Assembly (NCBI GenBank): GCA_963555825.3
Contig: CAUVXB020000001.1
Location: 1,984,001 to 2,048,000, forward strand
DNA from: Alphaproteobacteria bacterium
GTDB lineage: Bacteria; Pseudomonadota; Alphaproteobacteria; JAAXGF01
DNA: 64,000 nt
Direction: 5' to 3'
Shown here: one piece after another, positions 36,688 through 46,459 of the stretch
Numbering within the stretch: position 1 is the stretch's first letter
How the letters are laid out: each line of letters begins with the position of its first letter
The notes under the pieces: generated by a model
What the model was told of the DNA's origin: nothing
Seen by the model: the letters and a program-made list of their open reading frames with translations, nothing else
The model's database searches: none
Position numbers and translations under genes: made by a program

Positions 36688-38076
36688 ATGCCGTCGAATT
36701 TCGAATACCCGACCAAGGAACTGTGGGCCAAGGACCGCGACCATGTGATTCACCCGTTCAGTGACCTCGCGTCGCTCAAGGAGGACGGCTGCATGATCAT
36801 GGCCGAGGGTGAAGGCGTCCATGTCTTCGATTCCGACGGCAACCGCTACATCGACGGCATCGGCGGCCTGTGGTGCGTCAACATCGGCTATGGCCGCGAG
36901 GAGATGATCCAGGCGATCGCCGACCAGATCCGCCGCATCCCCTTCTTCTCGGCCTTCGTCAACCTGACCAACCCGCCGGCCGCCGAGTTCGCCTATGAAC
37001 TCGCCCAGCGCACGCCGGGCGACCTCAACCACATATTCTTCGGCACCGGCGGCTCGATGGCCAACGACACCGCGGTGCGCATCATTCACCACTACTTCAA
37101 CCGCCTCGGCAAACCGAAGAAGAAGCACGTTATTTCGCGCGAACAGGCCTATCACGGCTCGACCTATCTCGCGATTTCGATGACCGGACCGACCTACCAT
37201 CAGGGCTGGGACGTGATCTCGGAGTTCGTCCATCACATCCCGGCGCCCAACCCGTACCGGCGCCCCGACGACATGAGCGTCGAACAGTTCTGCGACGCCA
37301 AGGTCAAGGACCTCGAGGACAAGATCCTCGAGCTCGGCCCCGAGAACGTCGCCTGCTTCATCGCCGAGCCGATCATGGGCGCGGGCGGCAACATCGTGCC
37401 GCCGCCGGGCTATCACAAAGGTACCCGCGACGTCTGCACGAAATACGACGTGCTCTACATCTCGGACGAGGTGGTGACCGGCTTCGGCCGCCTCGGCCAT
37501 CTTTTCGCGTCGGAGGCCGTGTTCGACATCGTCCCCGACGTGCTGATCTTGGCAAAGGGTATCTCGTCGGGCTACCAGCCGCTGTCGGCGACGATCATCT
37601 CCGAGGGGATCTACGATGTCATCAGCCAGCCGGGTGAGCACTTCTTCCACGGCTTCACCTACTCGGCGCATCCGGTGGCCTGTGCCGCCGGCCTCAAGAA
37701 CCTCGAGATCATGGAGCGCGAGGATATCCCGGGCCACGTGCGCGAGGTCGGACCTTATTTCGAGAAAACTATCCATTCGCTGACCGATCTTGAACTGATC
37801 GGCAACGTGCGCGGCATGTGCTTCATGATGTGCATCGAGAGCGTCGCCAACCGCGACACCAAGGAGCTGCTGCCCGCAGAGGTCGACGTCGGCCGCCGGA
37901 TCTCCGACGCCTGCCAGCGCCGCGGCCTGATCGTCCGGCCGCTGGGGCACCTCAATATCCTGTCGCCACCGTTGATCCTGACCACCGATCAGATCGATCA
38001 GATCGGCGACATCCTGCGCCAGAGCATCAAGGAGGTCATGGACGACCTCGTGCGCGAGGGCGTCTGGAAGGGCTAG
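36688..38076 (+). CDS. class III aminotransferase, tandem copy 2
   Basis: Same motifs, long identical stretches with copy 1. Confidence 0.93.
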   Translation: MPSNFEYPTKELWAKDRDHVIHPFSDLASLKEDGCMIMAEGEGVHVFDSDGNRYIDGIGGLWCVNIGYGREEMIQAIADQIRRIPFFSAFVNLTNPPAAEFAYELAQRTPGDLNHIFFGTGGSMANDTAVRIIHHYFNRLGKPKKKHVISREQAYHGSTYLAISMTGPTYHQGWDVISEFVHHIPAPNPYRRPDDMSVEQFCDAKVKDLEDKILELGPENVACFIAEPIMGAGGNIVPPPGYHKGTRDVCTKYDVLYISDEVVTGFGRLGHLFASEAVFDIVPDVLILAKGISSGYQPLSATIISEGIYDVISQPGEHFFHGFTYSAHPVACAAGLKNLEIMEREDIPGHVREVGPYFEKTIHSLTDLELIGNVRGMCFMMCIESVANRDTKELLPAEVDVGRRISDACQRRGLIVRPLGHLNILSPPLILTTDQIDQIGDILRQSIKEVMDDLVREGVWKG

Positions 38077-38148
38077 CCCGGGGCGCCACATCGTCGTCAC
38101 CATGACGGCAATATGGCGCCACCGCGGCCGTTTGGGAGGACCTGCGCC

Positions 38149-39603
38149 ATGCTGATGACCGGCGACGAATATCGCGCCTCGATCCGCGACGATCGAGAGG
38201 TGTGGATGGATGGCGAGCGTGTCGCGGACGTCACCACCCATGCCGCCTTCAAGCCGATCGTCGACGTTCGCGCGCGCGTTTACGACATGGCCCACGAGGA
38301 CAAGTACCGCGACGTCATGACGTACCGCGACGAGAAGAACGAGCCCTTCTGCATCGGCTACAAGCTGCCCAAGACGCAGCAGGACTGGCACGACAAGCGC
38401 GCCGCGGTCGACGCCGTGATGCGCGACATCGGCGGCATGGTGATCCGCATGGGCGACGAGACGGTCGGCGAGATGTGGTCGCTGTGGGACGGCAAGGACG
38501 TGCTCAACGAGGTCGACCCACGCTTCGGCGACAACATCGAAAACCACATCTACCGCGTGCTCGAGAACGACATCTTCCATGTCTCGGCCAACACCGACCC
38601 GAAGGGCGACCGCTCGAAACGGCCGCAGGAGCAGGACCCCGACATGATGCTCCACGTCGTCAAGGAGACCGACGCGGGCATCGTCGTGCGCGGCGCCAAG
38701 TACGAAACGGCGGCGAGCTACGCGCACCAGGGCTTCGTCAAGCCGACCATCGCCAACTGGGGCGACCAGAAGCTGTCCGATTACGCGCTCGGCTTCATTT
38801 GCGACATGGGCGTCAAGGGCCTCAAGCACATATGCCGCTCGGGCTTCGCCGGCCGCGCCGATGCGCGCGACTACCCGCTCGCCAACCGCTTCGACGAGAT
38901 CGACACGCTGTTAGTCTTCGACGACGTCGTGGTGCCGTGGGAGAACGTGCTGTTCTACCGCCACACGCGGGCGGCCTCGTTCATCCGCGGTACGCTGCAT
39001 CGCTACAGCGCGTTCGCCTTCGTCCAGCGCATCCAGATCGTCGCCGACATGATGCTCGGCGCGGCGATGTTCAACGTGCGCCAGACCGGTCTCGACAAGA
39101 TGCAGGCGGTGCGCGAGAAGCTCGCCGTGCTCGCCTGCTACCGCGAGACCATCAACGCGCACCTCACCGCGTCGATCGCCGAGGCGCAGGACAGCCCGGC
39201 GGGATTGCTGATGCCGCATCAATCCTTGCTCTATGCGGGCCGCGTCCACGCCTGCACCAAGCTGCCCGAAATGATGCATCTGGCGCGCGAGCTGTGCGGC
39301 GGCCAGATCTGCGTCACGCCCGACGCGGCGGCTTTCGCCGACCCCGATACCGACGCCTGGCTGACGAAATTCTATTCGGTCAACGAGGCCTGGGATTCCG
39401 ATGACCGGCGCAAGCTGCTCGCCTTCGCCCGAGATCTGCTGAATTCGGACTACGCCGGCCACCGGCTGACCTTCATGCTGTTCGCCCAGGCGCCGCCGTT
39501 CAAGCATTTGAACGACGTTTACGAGAGCTTCGACTTCGCCGGCCCGCTCGATTTCGTCAGGCACGCGGCCGGCCTGTCGAACCGGGTGATGGACACCAAT
39601 TAA
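38149..39603 (+). CDS. 4-hydroxyphenylacetate 3-hydroxylase family (HpaB/PvcC-like) two-component flavin monooxygenase
   Basis: MTG.EY..SIRD.R.VW.DGE.V.DVTTH.AF, DPKGDRS, GIVVRGAK, DYPL..RFDE.D, VPWENV. Confidence 0.88.
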   Translation: MLMTGDEYRASIRDDREVWMDGERVADVTTHAAFKPIVDVRARVYDMAHEDKYRDVMTYRDEKNEPFCIGYKLPKTQQDWHDKRAAVDAVMRDIGGMVIRMGDETVGEMWSLWDGKDVLNEVDPRFGDNIENHIYRVLENDIFHVSANTDPKGDRSKRPQEQDPDMMLHVVKETDAGIVVRGAKYETAASYAHQGFVKPTIANWGDQKLSDYALGFICDMGVKGLKHICRSGFAGRADARDYPLANRFDEIDTLLVFDDVVVPWENVLFYRHTRAASFIRGTLHRYSAFAFVQRIQIVADMMLGAAMFNVRQTGLDKMQAVREKLAVLACYRETINAHLTASIAEAQDSPAGLLMPHQSLLYAGRVHACTKLPEMMHLARELCGGQICVTPDAAAFADPDTDAWLTKFYSVNEAWDSDDRRKLLAFARDLLNSDYAGHRLTFMLFAQAPPFKHLNDVYESFDFAGPLDFVRHAAGLSNRVMDTN

Positions 39604-39632
39604 CACGACAACCAACGCGAGGAATGAGAACG

Positions 39633-40052
39633 ATGGCGCATCAACGCCTGCGCAAATTCAACACCAAGGACACCTATCCGGAGCAGAGCCTCGACAACGA
39701 CCTTTGTCAGGTCGTCAGGGCTGGCAACATGGTCTTCGTGCGCGGCCAGGTCGGCCAGGATCTCGAGACCCGGGAATCGGTCGGCACCGGCGACGCCGCG
39801 GCGCAGACCGAGCAGGCCATGGCCAACGTCAAGCTGCTGCTCGAGGAAGCCGGCTCGAAGCTCGACCATATCTGCAAGGTCACCATCTACATCATCGACC
39901 CGCGCTACCGCGAGGACGTTTACCGGGTCGTCGGCCGCTGGCTCAAGGGAGTCTTCCCGGTGTCGACCGGACTGGTGATCGACGCGTTCGCGCGCCCCGA
40001 ATGGGTGATGGAGATCGACGTCATCGCCGTCATCCCCGACGATGAGGCGTAA
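39633..40052 (+). CDS. RidA family protein (HinL-like subtype)
   Basis: FNTKDTYPEQSLDNDLCQ, RGQVGQ, PVSTGL, EIDVIAV. Confidence 0.88.
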   Translation: MAHQRLRKFNTKDTYPEQSLDNDLCQVVRAGNMVFVRGQVGQDLETRESVGTGDAAAQTEQAMANVKLLLEEAGSKLDHICKVTIYIIDPRYREDVYRVVGRWLKGVFPVSTGLVIDAFARPEWVMEIDVIAVIPDDEA

Positions 40053-40064
40053 GGGAGGCCCGCC

Positions 40065-40742
40065 ATGACGTTTTCGATCACCGCCCGCTGCGAGCGCACC
40101 GGCATGTTCGGCATCTCGGTCTCCTCGTCGAGCATCTGCGTCGCGGCGCGTTGTGGCACCTGGGTGCGCGCTGGCGTTGGCGCGGTCGCGACGCAGAACA
40201 TCACCGACCCGCGGCTCGGCGATCTGGGCCTCCGTCTGCTCGCCGAGGGCTACGGCGCCAAGGCCACCATCGACGGCATGGTGCGGGCGAGCGATTTCCC
40301 CGAGTTCCGACAGCTCGCGGTGATCGACGTCGACGGCCGCACCGCGAATTACTCGGGCAGTGGCACGCTGGGTACTAACAACGTTAAACACGGCAAGAAC
40401 TGCGTCGCCGCCGGCAACATCCTGTCGTCCGAGGAGGTGCCGGTGATGATGGTCGAGGCCTTCGAGGCCAACCCCGGCGCCCATCTCGCCGAGCGCCTGA
40501 TGCAGGGCCTCGAGGCCGGTCTCGCGGCCGGCGGCGAGCTTGGCGACGTGAAGTCGGCGGGGCTTTACGTCGTCGACCGGCACGTCTTCCCGATCGCCGA
40601 TCTGCGCGTCGACTGGCACGACGCGCCGATCGACGAGCTGCGCCGTGTCTGGGACCTATACGAGCCGCAGATGGTCGATTACTTCACGCGGGCCGTGAAC
40701 CCGGGCGGCGCGCCCAGCTACGGCGTGCCGGGCGACGAGTGA
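40065..40742 (+). CDS. DUF1028 (Ntn-hydrolase-like) protein
   Basis: MTFSI N-terminus, GVGAVATQ, RQL, AGNIL, AGGE, DLRVD. Confidence 0.9.
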   Translation: MTFSITARCERTGMFGISVSSSSICVAARCGTWVRAGVGAVATQNITDPRLGDLGLRLLAEGYGAKATIDGMVRASDFPEFRQLAVIDVDGRTANYSGSGTLGTNNVKHGKNCVAAGNILSSEEVPVMMVEAFEANPGAHLAERLMQGLEAGLAAGGELGDVKSAGLYVVDRHVFPIADLRVDWHDAPIDELRRVWDLYEPQMVDYFTRAVNPGGAPSYGVPGDE

Positions 40743-42142
40743 GCGCCGCGACGAACGACGCATTGCTGGCCGACCTGAGGCGGATCGTCGGCGCCGTCGG
40801 CGTCAAGGATCCGGCGACCGTGGCCGGGCTCGACCCCGGCCTTCGGGCCGAGAACCTGGCGGCCGGCGTCATCGTCCTGCCAGCGAGCACGGCCGAGGTC
40901 GCCGAGGTCGTCGCCTATTGCGGCCGCCACTCTATCGCCATCGTGCCGCACGGCGGGCGCACCGGAATTTCCGGCGGCGCGGTGTCCCAGCCGGGGCAGA
41001 TCGTCGTGCAGACGACCCGCATGAACCGCATCCTGTCGGTCGATCCCCTCGCCGGCACGGCGGTCGTCGAAGCGGGCGCCATCCTCGAGACGGTCGAGAC
41101 CGAGGTCGCTGGCCACGGGCTCTCCGTCGGGCTCGATCTCGGCGCCCGGGGATCGGCGACGATCGGCGGCATGGTCTCGACCAACGCCGGCGGGCTCGAG
41201 GCGTTTCGCTACGGGGTCATGCGCCACCGGGTCCTGGGCCTCGAAGCGGTGCTGCCCGACGGCCGGGTGCTCGACGATCTCAAGCTGGTAACCAAGGCGA
41301 ACGAGGGTTACGACGTCAAACAACTGTTCATCGGCGCCGAAGGCACGCTGGGCATCGTCACCAAGGTCGCGCTCGACTTGGTGCCGCACGGCGCCGGGCG
41401 CGCGACGGCGCTGGTCAGTTGCCCGAGTGTTTCCGACGCCGTCAAGGCGTTCCGGCGCCTGCGGAACCGCGCCGATGGCGAGCTGCTCGCCGCCGAGATC
41501 ATGTGGTCGGACTATGCCCGCGTCACTGCCGGGCAGTTGGGCGCGGCCGAGGTTTTGGCGTTCGATCCGGAACCGGACGCGGTTTTCGTCCTCTTCGAAG
41601 TGGCCGACAACGAAGGCGGTGGTGGGGCCTTCCTCGAGCGCGCGCTCGGCGCCTGTTTCGAGGCCGGCGAGACGCGAAACGGCGTTATCTCCAAGAACCG
41701 CCGGGAGCGGGACACGATCTGGTCGATCCGCGAAGAGTCGTTCCTGTGTGAACGCGATTACCCCCACGGCTACTGGTTCGACGTTTCGGTGCCGCTCGGC
41801 GAATTGGCCGGCTACGCCGATCGGCTGTTCGCCCAAATCGGCGAAATTCGCCCTGACCTCAAGCTCTTCATGTTCGGCCACCTGGGCGACGGCAATCTCC
41901 ATCTGACGATCACGTCGGGGCGCGAGATGCCCGAACTGGCCGATCCGATATCCGAAGCGGTCTACGCCGATCTGGCCGCGATGGGCGGCTCGTTCTCGGC
42001 CGAGCACGGCATCGGCATCGACAAACGCGAGGAACTCGACCGCTACGCCTCGCCCGGCAAGCTCGCCATGATGCGCGCCATCAAGGCCGCCATCGATCCG
42101 CGGGGCATCATGAACCCCGGCAAGGTCCTGCCGTTGGCATAG
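40739..42142 (+). CDS. FAD-binding oxidoreductase, GlcD/D-2-hydroxyacid dehydrogenase-like
   Basis: PHGGRTG, TIGGMVSTNAGG, GAEGTLGIVT, GHLGDGNLH, SAEHGIG, DP.GIMNPGK. Confidence 0.92.
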   Translation: MSAATNDALLADLRRIVGAVGVKDPATVAGLDPGLRAENLAAGVIVLPASTAEVAEVVAYCGRHSIAIVPHGGRTGISGGAVSQPGQIVVQTTRMNRILSVDPLAGTAVVEAGAILETVETEVAGHGLSVGLDLGARGSATIGGMVSTNAGGLEAFRYGVMRHRVLGLEAVLPDGRVLDDLKLVTKANEGYDVKQLFIGAEGTLGIVTKVALDLVPHGAGRATALVSCPSVSDAVKAFRRLRNRADGELLAAEIMWSDYARVTAGQLGAAEVLAFDPEPDAVFVLFEVADNEGGGGAFLERALGACFEAGETRNGVISKNRRERDTIWSIREESFLCERDYPHGYWFDVSVPLGELAGYADRLFAQIGEIRPDLKLFMFGHLGDGNLHLTITSGREMPELADPISEAVYADLAAMGGSFSAEHGIGIDKREELDRYASPGKLAMMRAIKAAIDPRGIMNPGKVLPLA

Positions 42143-42224
42143 GAGACTCTCCGCGCCGGCCGCTGTTGGCGTCGCCTCTCGGCGGACTGGGAACGCCCGG
42201 TCGAAGCCGTTTCGCCCCGGCGCA

Positions 42225-42746
42225 TTACCAATACAGCGTCCACGGCTTGTCGCGATCCTCTCTTGGGTCGCCTAGCTCGCTGCTGGAAAGCACGCATTCG
42301 GCTGTTCGATGATTGCGGCGCAACGTCTCGGCAAGCGCCACGCATTCGGAAAACGACGCGATACAGGCGTGCTGATCATCCGGCGTTGGGAACAGGAGGT
42401 CCGCCCAAAATACCAGCTCTACATCGAAAGTTTCGCGCGAAGGATCGGTCCAAAGCCAAAAATTCAAAAACTCACATGGAGGCCAATCGCCCTTAAGCAC
42501 GTGATGCGTCGCGTTCACGGACGAGGCGATCAAAACTTCTCGCATTTCCGATGTGACGGCGACACCTTCATCCCATTCACGATCCAACGCAATCACCACG
42601 GGATTTGAGACCGCCGCGCAGAAATCGTCGATGGCGTTTCCCAATTCGCTCAGTGGCAGGCCGAAAACATAGATCTGGGAGGCCATCCCATCGTAGGGAA
42701 GCAGCAAATCCTTGGCCTTGGTCCACAACGCGGAACTCGCCTTCAT
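42225..42746 (-). CDS. hypothetical protein
   Basis: 173-aa ORF with protein-like composition in a lower-GC patch; no motif recognised. Confidence 0.55.
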   Translation of the reverse strand: MKASSALWTKAKDLLLPYDGMASQIYVFGLPLSELGNAIDDFCAAVSNPVVIALDREWDEGVAVTSEMREVLIASSVNATHHVLKGDWPPCEFLNFWLWTDPSRETFDVELVFWADLLFPTPDDQHACIASFSECVALAETLRRNHRTAECVLSSSELGDPREDRDKPWTLYW

Positions 42747-42891
42747 GGCCTCGTACCCGCCGCCCGTTTCGGGGTTCTTGTCTTCGGCTTGGTCGTTGCA
42801 ATCGGGCTATCAGTGCGGCGCCAAACTCAAACCATCACGACGACGTCGGCGCTACAATACTCGTACGCAGTTACACAACCGCTTCGCGCCC

Positions 42892-43629
42892 TCAGAACAC
42901 GTGCTGGCCGCCGGTGACCATGATTTCGGTGCCGGTGACATAGGCCGCGTCCTCGGAGCACAGGTAATAGATCGCACCGGCGACGTCGGCCGGCTCGCCC
43001 AGACGGTGCAGCGGGATGCGCGGGATCATCACTTCGGTCTCGGGCGACAGCATGGCGGTCTCGATCTCGCCCGGCGCGACCGCGTTGACGCGCACGCCGA
43101 GATGGGCGAACTCGGCGGCCATTTCGCGGGTCAGCGCCGAGAGCGCCGCCTTCGATGTCGAGTAGGCGCTGCCGGCGAAGGGATGAACACGGTGGCCGGC
43201 GATCGAGGTGATGTTGACGATCGCGCCCTTGCCGCGATGCAGCGCCGCGGCGAAGCCACGCGCCAGCACCAGCGGCGCGAAGAAGTTGAGCTCGAACACC
43301 TCGCGCCAGTCGTCGAGGCGGCCGTTGAGGCAGCCGAGCCGCTCCTTGAAATCGGTCTTGGGCGAGAGGCCGGCGTTGTTGACCAGCCCGTGCAACGGCG
43401 CCTCGCCGAGCATCGCGCCCGCCTCGTCGACGAAGGATTCGACGCTCGCGGCATCGGCCAGATCGGCGACGATATGGCGGTGCCGCGCGTCGCCGACCAT
43501 GCATTGCGCCGGCACGTCCTCGCGCGAACACGTAATCACGCGCCAGCCAGCGTCGATGAAGCGCTTGGCGGTGGCGTGGCCAATGCCCCGGCTGGCGCCC
43601 GTCAGGATGACGATCTTGGAGTCGTCCAT
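42892..43629 (-). CDS. SDR family oxidoreductase
   Basis: TGASRGIG, NNAG, YSTSK, NAVAPG. Confidence 0.92.
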   Translation of the reverse strand: MDDSKIVILTGASRGIGHATAKRFIDAGWRVITCSREDVPAQCMVGDARHRHIVADLADAASVESFVDEAGAMLGEAPLHGLVNNAGLSPKTDFKERLGCLNGRLDDWREVFELNFFAPLVLARGFAAALHRGKGAIVNITSIAGHRVHPFAGSAYSTSKAALSALTREMAAEFAHLGVRVNAVAPGEIETAMLSPETEVMIPRIPLHRLGEPADVAGAIYYLCSEDAAYVTGTEIMVTGGQHVF

Positions 43630-43648
43630 GGGAATTCTCGGCGGTCGC

Positions 43649-45460
43649 TCAGCTCGCCGCGACCTTGCGGCCGAGCAGCGCGTCGTGGTCGATTTCGTCG
43701 ATCTGCTCGGGCAGCAGGAAGCGGTCGGCGTATTGGCGGTAGACCTCGGCATCGACGAACAGCTCGAACAGCTCGTGGTCGATGTGGTTCTCCGCGCACA
43801 TGCGCGCCATGATGCCCATCAACGCGCTCAGCGCCTTGGCCTTCTTGTAAGGGCGGTCGGCGGCGGTCAATGCCTCGAAGATGTCGGCGATCGCCATCAT
43901 GCGCGCCGGGATTGACATCTGCTCACGGGTCAGGCCGCGCGGATAACCGGTGCCGTCCATTTTCTCGTGATGGCCACCGGCGTATTCGGGCACGCGCGTC
44001 AGGCCCTTGGGGAACGGTAGCTTCTCGAGCATCGAGATGGTGACCACAATGTGGTCGTTGATGATCTTGCGTTCCTCCGCGGTAAGGGTGCCGCGGCCGA
44101 TGCACAAGTTGTCGACCTCGTTGTCGTCGAGGAAATCGCGCTCGACGCCGTCGACGCCAAGCCAGCGCAGCTTGGCGATGCGCTTGACCCGGTCTTTCTT
44201 GTCGTCGTCCATGAACTCGCCGCCCACGTTGGCGGTTTCCAGAAACTCACGATCGTCCTCGATCCGGGCGATCTCGGCGCGGTACTCGGCCTCCCGCGCC
44301 TCACGGTCGGCGCCGTTCTCGGCGATGTCCCTGAGGCAGGCGATCTCGGCGTCGCGTTTGAGAATCTCGAAGCGTGTCCTGACCGTCTCAATGCGGTCGT
44401 AGATGGTCTCCAGCTTGGTCGCCTTGTCGACGACGTACTCGGGCGTCGTCACCTTGCCGCAGTCGTGCATCCACCCGGCGATGTGCAGCTCATACTTCTC
44501 GTCTTCGTCGAGGTGGAAGCCCTTGAACGGCCCGTCCGTCTGGACACAGGCCGCTTCGGCGAGCATCTCGGTGAGCACCGGCACGCGCTCGCAGTGGCCG
44601 CCGGTGTAGGGCGACTTTTCATCGATCGCCGAGGCGATCAACTGGATGAACGAGTCGAGCAATACCCGCTGGCCGTCGATCAGCATCTGATTGTCGAGCG
44701 ATACCGCCGCCTGCGACGCGAGCGCTTCGATGAGCTGCTGGTACTCGGGTTCGAACGGGCAGATCTCGCCGGTCTCTTCGTCGTGAGCGTTGATCAGTTG
44801 CAGTACACCGATCACCTCGTCGGCCCGGTTCTTCATCGGGATGGTCAGGAACGAGGTCGAGCGGTAGTCGTTCGCCGCGTCGAACGCCTTGGCGCCCGAG
44901 AAATCGAACTCCTCGTTCGCGTAGGCGTCGGGAATGTTGACCGTCTCGCCGCTCAACGCGGCCAGGCCGGCAACGTTCCTGATGTTGTTTTCGCCGGTCT
45001 CGCGGTCGTGCAGAACAAGCGGCGGGAATGGGATTTCCTGGCCAGTCGTGCCGCCCATGGCGATGCCGAGGGAATCATTGCGCACGATGGCGAACGTGAG
45101 ACGTCCAGTCGGTGCGCGCCGGTCGGTCCGATCGCGCCGGTCGGTCCGATCGCGCCGGTCGCCCGAGGCGGGCGCCGCGTCTGGCCCATCGCGCGCGGCG
45201 TCACGCCGCAAGTGAGTGTCCCGACGGTTGCCGCCGCTGCGCCGGTCGATGCGCTGCCCGTCGACATGCTGGGGTTTGTCTGCGCTGTCTTCGTAGAGGT
45301 AGATCGTGCCCCCGTCGGCGTTGGCGATCCGTTTCGCCTCGACCAGAATCGTTTCGAGAAGCCGATCGACGTTCTTCTCCGCCGAGAGCGCGATGCCGAT
45401 CTCGGTGAGACGCTTGAACTGTTGCTCGCGGTCGAGCGGTCTTCGATTCCGATTGGTCAT
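43649..45460 (-). CDS. GAF + HD-GYP cyclic dinucleotide phosphodiesterase
   Basis: ADGGTIY...GVLQLIN GAF; YTGGHCERV, HDCGK, HHEKMDGTGYP, IADIFEALTA.DRPYK. Confidence 0.92.
   Translation of the reverse strand: MTNRNRRPLDREQQFKRLTEIGIALSAEKNVDRLLETILVEAKRIANADGGTIYLYEDSADKPQHVDGQRIDRRSGGNRRDTHLRRDAARDGPDAAPASGDRRDRTDRRDRTDRRAPTGRLTFAIVRNDSLGIAMGGTTGQEIPFPPLVLHDRETGENNIRNVAGLAALSGETVNIPDAYANEEFDFSGAKAFDAANDYRSTSFLTIPMKNRADEVIGVLQLINAHDEETGEICPFEPEYQQLIEALASQAAVSLDNQMLIDGQRVLLDSFIQLIASAIDEKSPYTGGHCERVPVLTEMLAEAACVQTDGPFKGFHLDEDEKYELHIAGWMHDCGKVTTPEYVVDKATKLETIYDRIETVRTRFEILKRDAEIACLRDIAENGADREAREAEYRAEIARIEDDREFLETANVGGEFMDDDKKDRVKRIAKLRWLGVDGVERDFLDDNEVDNLCIGRGTLTAEERKIINDHIVVTISMLEKLPFPKGLTRVPEYAGGHHEKMDGTGYPRGLTREQMSIPARMMAIADIFEALTAADRPYKKAKALSALMGIMARMCAENHIDHELFELFVDAEVYRQYADRFLLPEQIDEIDHDALLGRKVAAS
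45115..45161. repeat. 18-bp tandem repeat (~2.6 copies) encoding DRRDRT on the minus strand
   Basis: cgcgccggtcggtccgat at 45115 and 45133, partial copy at 45151. Confidence 0.9.
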
Positions 45461-45521
45461 GTCATGTCCACCGTCGGTCGCCCCGGGACCACCCGCGGAC
45501 CGGCCGCCGGTCCCTGGCGTG

Positions 45522-46388
45522 TCAATTCATCATCACGACCGGAATGTCGGCCTCACCGAACATGTACTCGGTCGCGCTGCCGAAGATCATCCGCCGCAGG
45601 CGCGTGTGGGTGTACGCGCCCATGATCAGAAGACCGGCCTCGATCGCCATCGCCTCGGTCAGAATCGCCTCGCCGGTCAAACGATAGTCGGCCATCAGCG
45701 CATCGGTCGACGCCGCGACGCCGTGCCACGCCAGATACTCGACCAGGTCGTCGGCCGACGGGCCTGGCCTGACGCCCTCCTCGACCGAGATCACCGCAAC
45801 CTGTTCGGCGTTGACCAGAAACGGCATCGCGTGGCCGACGGCGCGCGCCGCCTCGGCACTGCCGTTCCAACCGATCGCCACGCCGGTCATCGGCTTGGCG
45901 ATTCCATTGGGCGGCGCCACGAACACCGGTCGGCCGCTCTCGAGGACAGCCGCCTCAAGCGTCGTACGCACCGGTGCCTCGGCACTCTTGTCGGCGCGCG
46001 TCACGACGATCAGGTCGGCGACACGGCCGCGCGTCGCCAACAGGTCTTCCTCGCGTCCGACCTCGATACGCAAATAAGCGGTGCTCCCATTGTCCTCGCC
46101 GCGTGCGTCAGTCCGTTCGAAATTGGCGCCCTCGCAGGCCGCCGCGAAGTCTTTTTCGGCGCGCTGCGCCAGCGTCTCGCTTTCCTGTTCGGCGGTGGTG
46201 ATGAGTTCCTCGATCATGGCGCCGGTCATGCCCTCGCCAATATAGGCGAGCGTCTCACGCGCGTTGCGACGCGCGTGCAACGCCTCGACATGGGCCCCAA
46301 GATACCGCCCGACCTCGAACGCGGCGTCGAGGCCCGGCAGTCCGGCGTCGGTCCCCGTGACAGGAACCAGTATTTGTCTGATATCCAT
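45522..46388 (-). CDS. universal stress protein (tandem USP domains)
   Basis: ILVP, GWNGSAEAARA, MGAYTH.RLR..IFG.AT. Confidence 0.9.
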   Translation of the reverse strand: MDIRQILVPVTGTDAGLPGLDAAFEVGRYLGAHVEALHARRNARETLAYIGEGMTGAMIEELITTAEQESETLAQRAEKDFAAACEGANFERTDARGEDNGSTAYLRIEVGREEDLLATRGRVADLIVVTRADKSAEAPVRTTLEAAVLESGRPVFVAPPNGIAKPMTGVAIGWNGSAEAARAVGHAMPFLVNAEQVAVISVEEGVRPGPSADDLVEYLAWHGVAASTDALMADYRLTGEAILTEAMAIEAGLLIMGAYTHTRLRRMIFGSATEYMFGEADIPVVMMN

Positions 46389-46459
46389 GTCGATCCGCCG
46401 TCTGTCTCGATCAGTACCCGCCAATTTTGGCAGGCTTGTACGAACCTGGCCAGGAATGA

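Noticed and set aside
35038-38829. 1263-aa minus-strand ORF, and similar long antisense ORFs (e.g. 55212-57149, 59596-61446, 2562-4010)
   Set aside because: Shadow frames of well-supported genes, expected in high-GC DNA; no motifs.
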